DNA from: Azolla caroliniana
Lineage: Eukaryota; Plantae; Polypodiophyta
Direction: 5' to 3'
Assembly (NCBI GenBank): GCA_043228905.1
Contig: JBHGNT010000018.1
Location: 13,578,001 to 13,642,000, forward strand
Length of the DNA: 64,000 nt
The position numbers and the translations under genes are program-made. The notes beneath the pieces were generated by a model. That model saw only the letters and a program-made list of their open reading frames with translations. It was not told the DNA's origin and searched no databases. Each line of letters begins with the position of its first letter. Within the stretch, counting starts at the first letter, position 1. Below are positions 62,601 to 64,000 of the stretch, one piece after another.

Positions 62601-64000
62601 ACATGGGCGTATGGGCCCGAATGTCGAGTTCTTTGATATCGGTTCTGAGGGCTCTTGTCCGCTCCTTCCTCGTATCGTCTCGCCGATGATTCCCGGTCTC
62701 TCGCCGCCACCTTCCTCCTCTTGGGACTCACGCGGGCACTCAGGCCCGACTGCCATCATCTTGGGAGCAAGTGTGGGAAGATGCGTAGAATTGCCCGTCC
62801 TATTTACGCCCTTGTCGGTAGCCACCGGCTCCTCGTGGTCGGTGGTCGTCTTCTTACCGATCGTGCAAGCCCCACCTAGGCTTGCTTCTCCAATGTCTGG
62901 AGTTTCGGGCTGACGTGCCCGAAATCGCCGGTCCCAACATTCTGATTCTGCGATCGGTATCTCGGCCTTGTCCTTGGCCGTTCTATTTCCGCAAGCTGAG
63001 AGGGCGTTTTGTTCCGCACCCTCTCCCGTGGTACCGTCGTACCGATCTTCTGCCATCTCATGGGGCAAGTTCATCTCCTCAGCGTCGGCTCGTGGCCTCG
63101 ATCTTTCCTTTTCCTCGAGCATTGCCTCGAGAGCTGCATACGCCTCCACAGTCCTGGCCCCGAAGCCGAGCCTTGCCGACTCTCTTTGCCGTTCGGCCTC
63201 TTCCCGTTGTGATGGCGCGCCGTCACGTGCCTTCCTCTTAGCCTTCTCGGCTCGCTCGTCATCTAGCCGTTGGCATACTCTTCCGACCTTCGACCAGTCC
63301 TCGGTAAGGTCATTCACTCCGTCATCGTCTTCGAGCTCAACCCCGATGGCCTCCCGTTCCGCTCGGTCGATCGACCTAACGAACAACAGGACTTTGTCCG
63401 CCCCCACCAGACCTTGCTCCCGCTCTGGAAGTCGAGCAAGTCGTCACTCGAACTCTCGGAACGCCTTCGTTGCGCTCCGGTAGGTCTTCGCCGATGCCAC
63501 CCATTGGTCGAAGCCACGTCGTCCCCAACTCTTCCGACGTCCTCCATATGCCTACAGGAGCGCCTTTTCGAAGGCCTCCCACGAACTATGAGCTTCTTGG
63601 AGCTCCTTCACTTCCACGTGCATACGGACAACGACGACCCGACAAAAGAACTCCAGCCTCAACGCCTCGTCTACATCTCGTTCCTCCATTTCCGCGTTGT
63701 AGGCTTCCAAGTAGAATGGGACTTTGTCCCCGTTGAAACAGCCGACTCTTTCAACCACTCGCTTAGTAGCTTGTTGCGCCGTCCCCCTTCTTGTTGTTGC
63801 TCGTCCAAACTCCCTCACCGCTTCGACACAAAGTTGCGTGAAGTCGTCTTCTTCCAACTCCATCCTCCCTTGCTGCCCTTCACGTCGGGTTCACCAAATA
63901 TGTCACGTTGTTACACGCGAGTGCGTGTAGAAGGGGCGGGACCATGGGGGTCTCAGACGAGGTAGAAAAGGGATGCCAAGAAACCCGACACCGGACACGA
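59677..64000 (-). mobile_element. pol-less gag-only LTR element (Trp PBS); 5' LTR runs off the window
   Basis: 3' LTR 59677-60417, PPT GGTGGGGGCGGA 60418-60429, PBS 63880-63896, second LTR from 63901. Gag VGCFNGDKVPFYLEAY followed by repetitive low-complexity ORFs. No RT or INT motifs. Confidence 0.88.
62406..63863 (-). pseudogene. gag: gag with stops and an acidic extension
   Basis: ORFs 63552-63863 and 62406-63407 (DKVLLFVRS..LEDDDG..LTEDW). Confidence 0.75.

Noticed and set aside
60746-62689. Long plus-strand ORFs
   Set aside because: They are GC-rich antisense frames of the minus-strand element, with no recognisable domains.

Overview
This is a eukaryotic, gene-free window made almost entirely of nested transposable elements, up to about four levels deep. 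The element types resemble those of a moss or other early-diverging land plant, and the context is probably (peri)centromeric heterochromatin (inference). Contents: several decayed Bryco-like Ty1/copia elements; a full-length Tork-like copia with two nonsense codons; a full-length decayed chromovirus; a self-priming Tcn1/Tf1-type gypsy; a non-chromovirus gypsy with an extra 3' ORF, plus relatives; a non-autonomous TIR DNA transposon; probable LINE debris; and pol-less gag-only LTR elements with a tRNA-Trp PBS and 4-bp TSDs. The most notable system is a near-identical LTR-I-LTR-I-LTR-I-LTR tandem array (15197-22376, period 2153 bp). Each of its LTRs carries a tRNA-like Pol III A-box/B-box module, which resembles Cassandra elements but is tRNA-type rather than 5S. 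A second unusual signal is an inverted PBS (a tRNA-3'-end copy) where the PPT should be in the gypsy at 50241-59314. No host genes, rRNA, true tRNA genes or CRISPR arrays were seen. Lineage names come from motif recognition only and were not database-checked.
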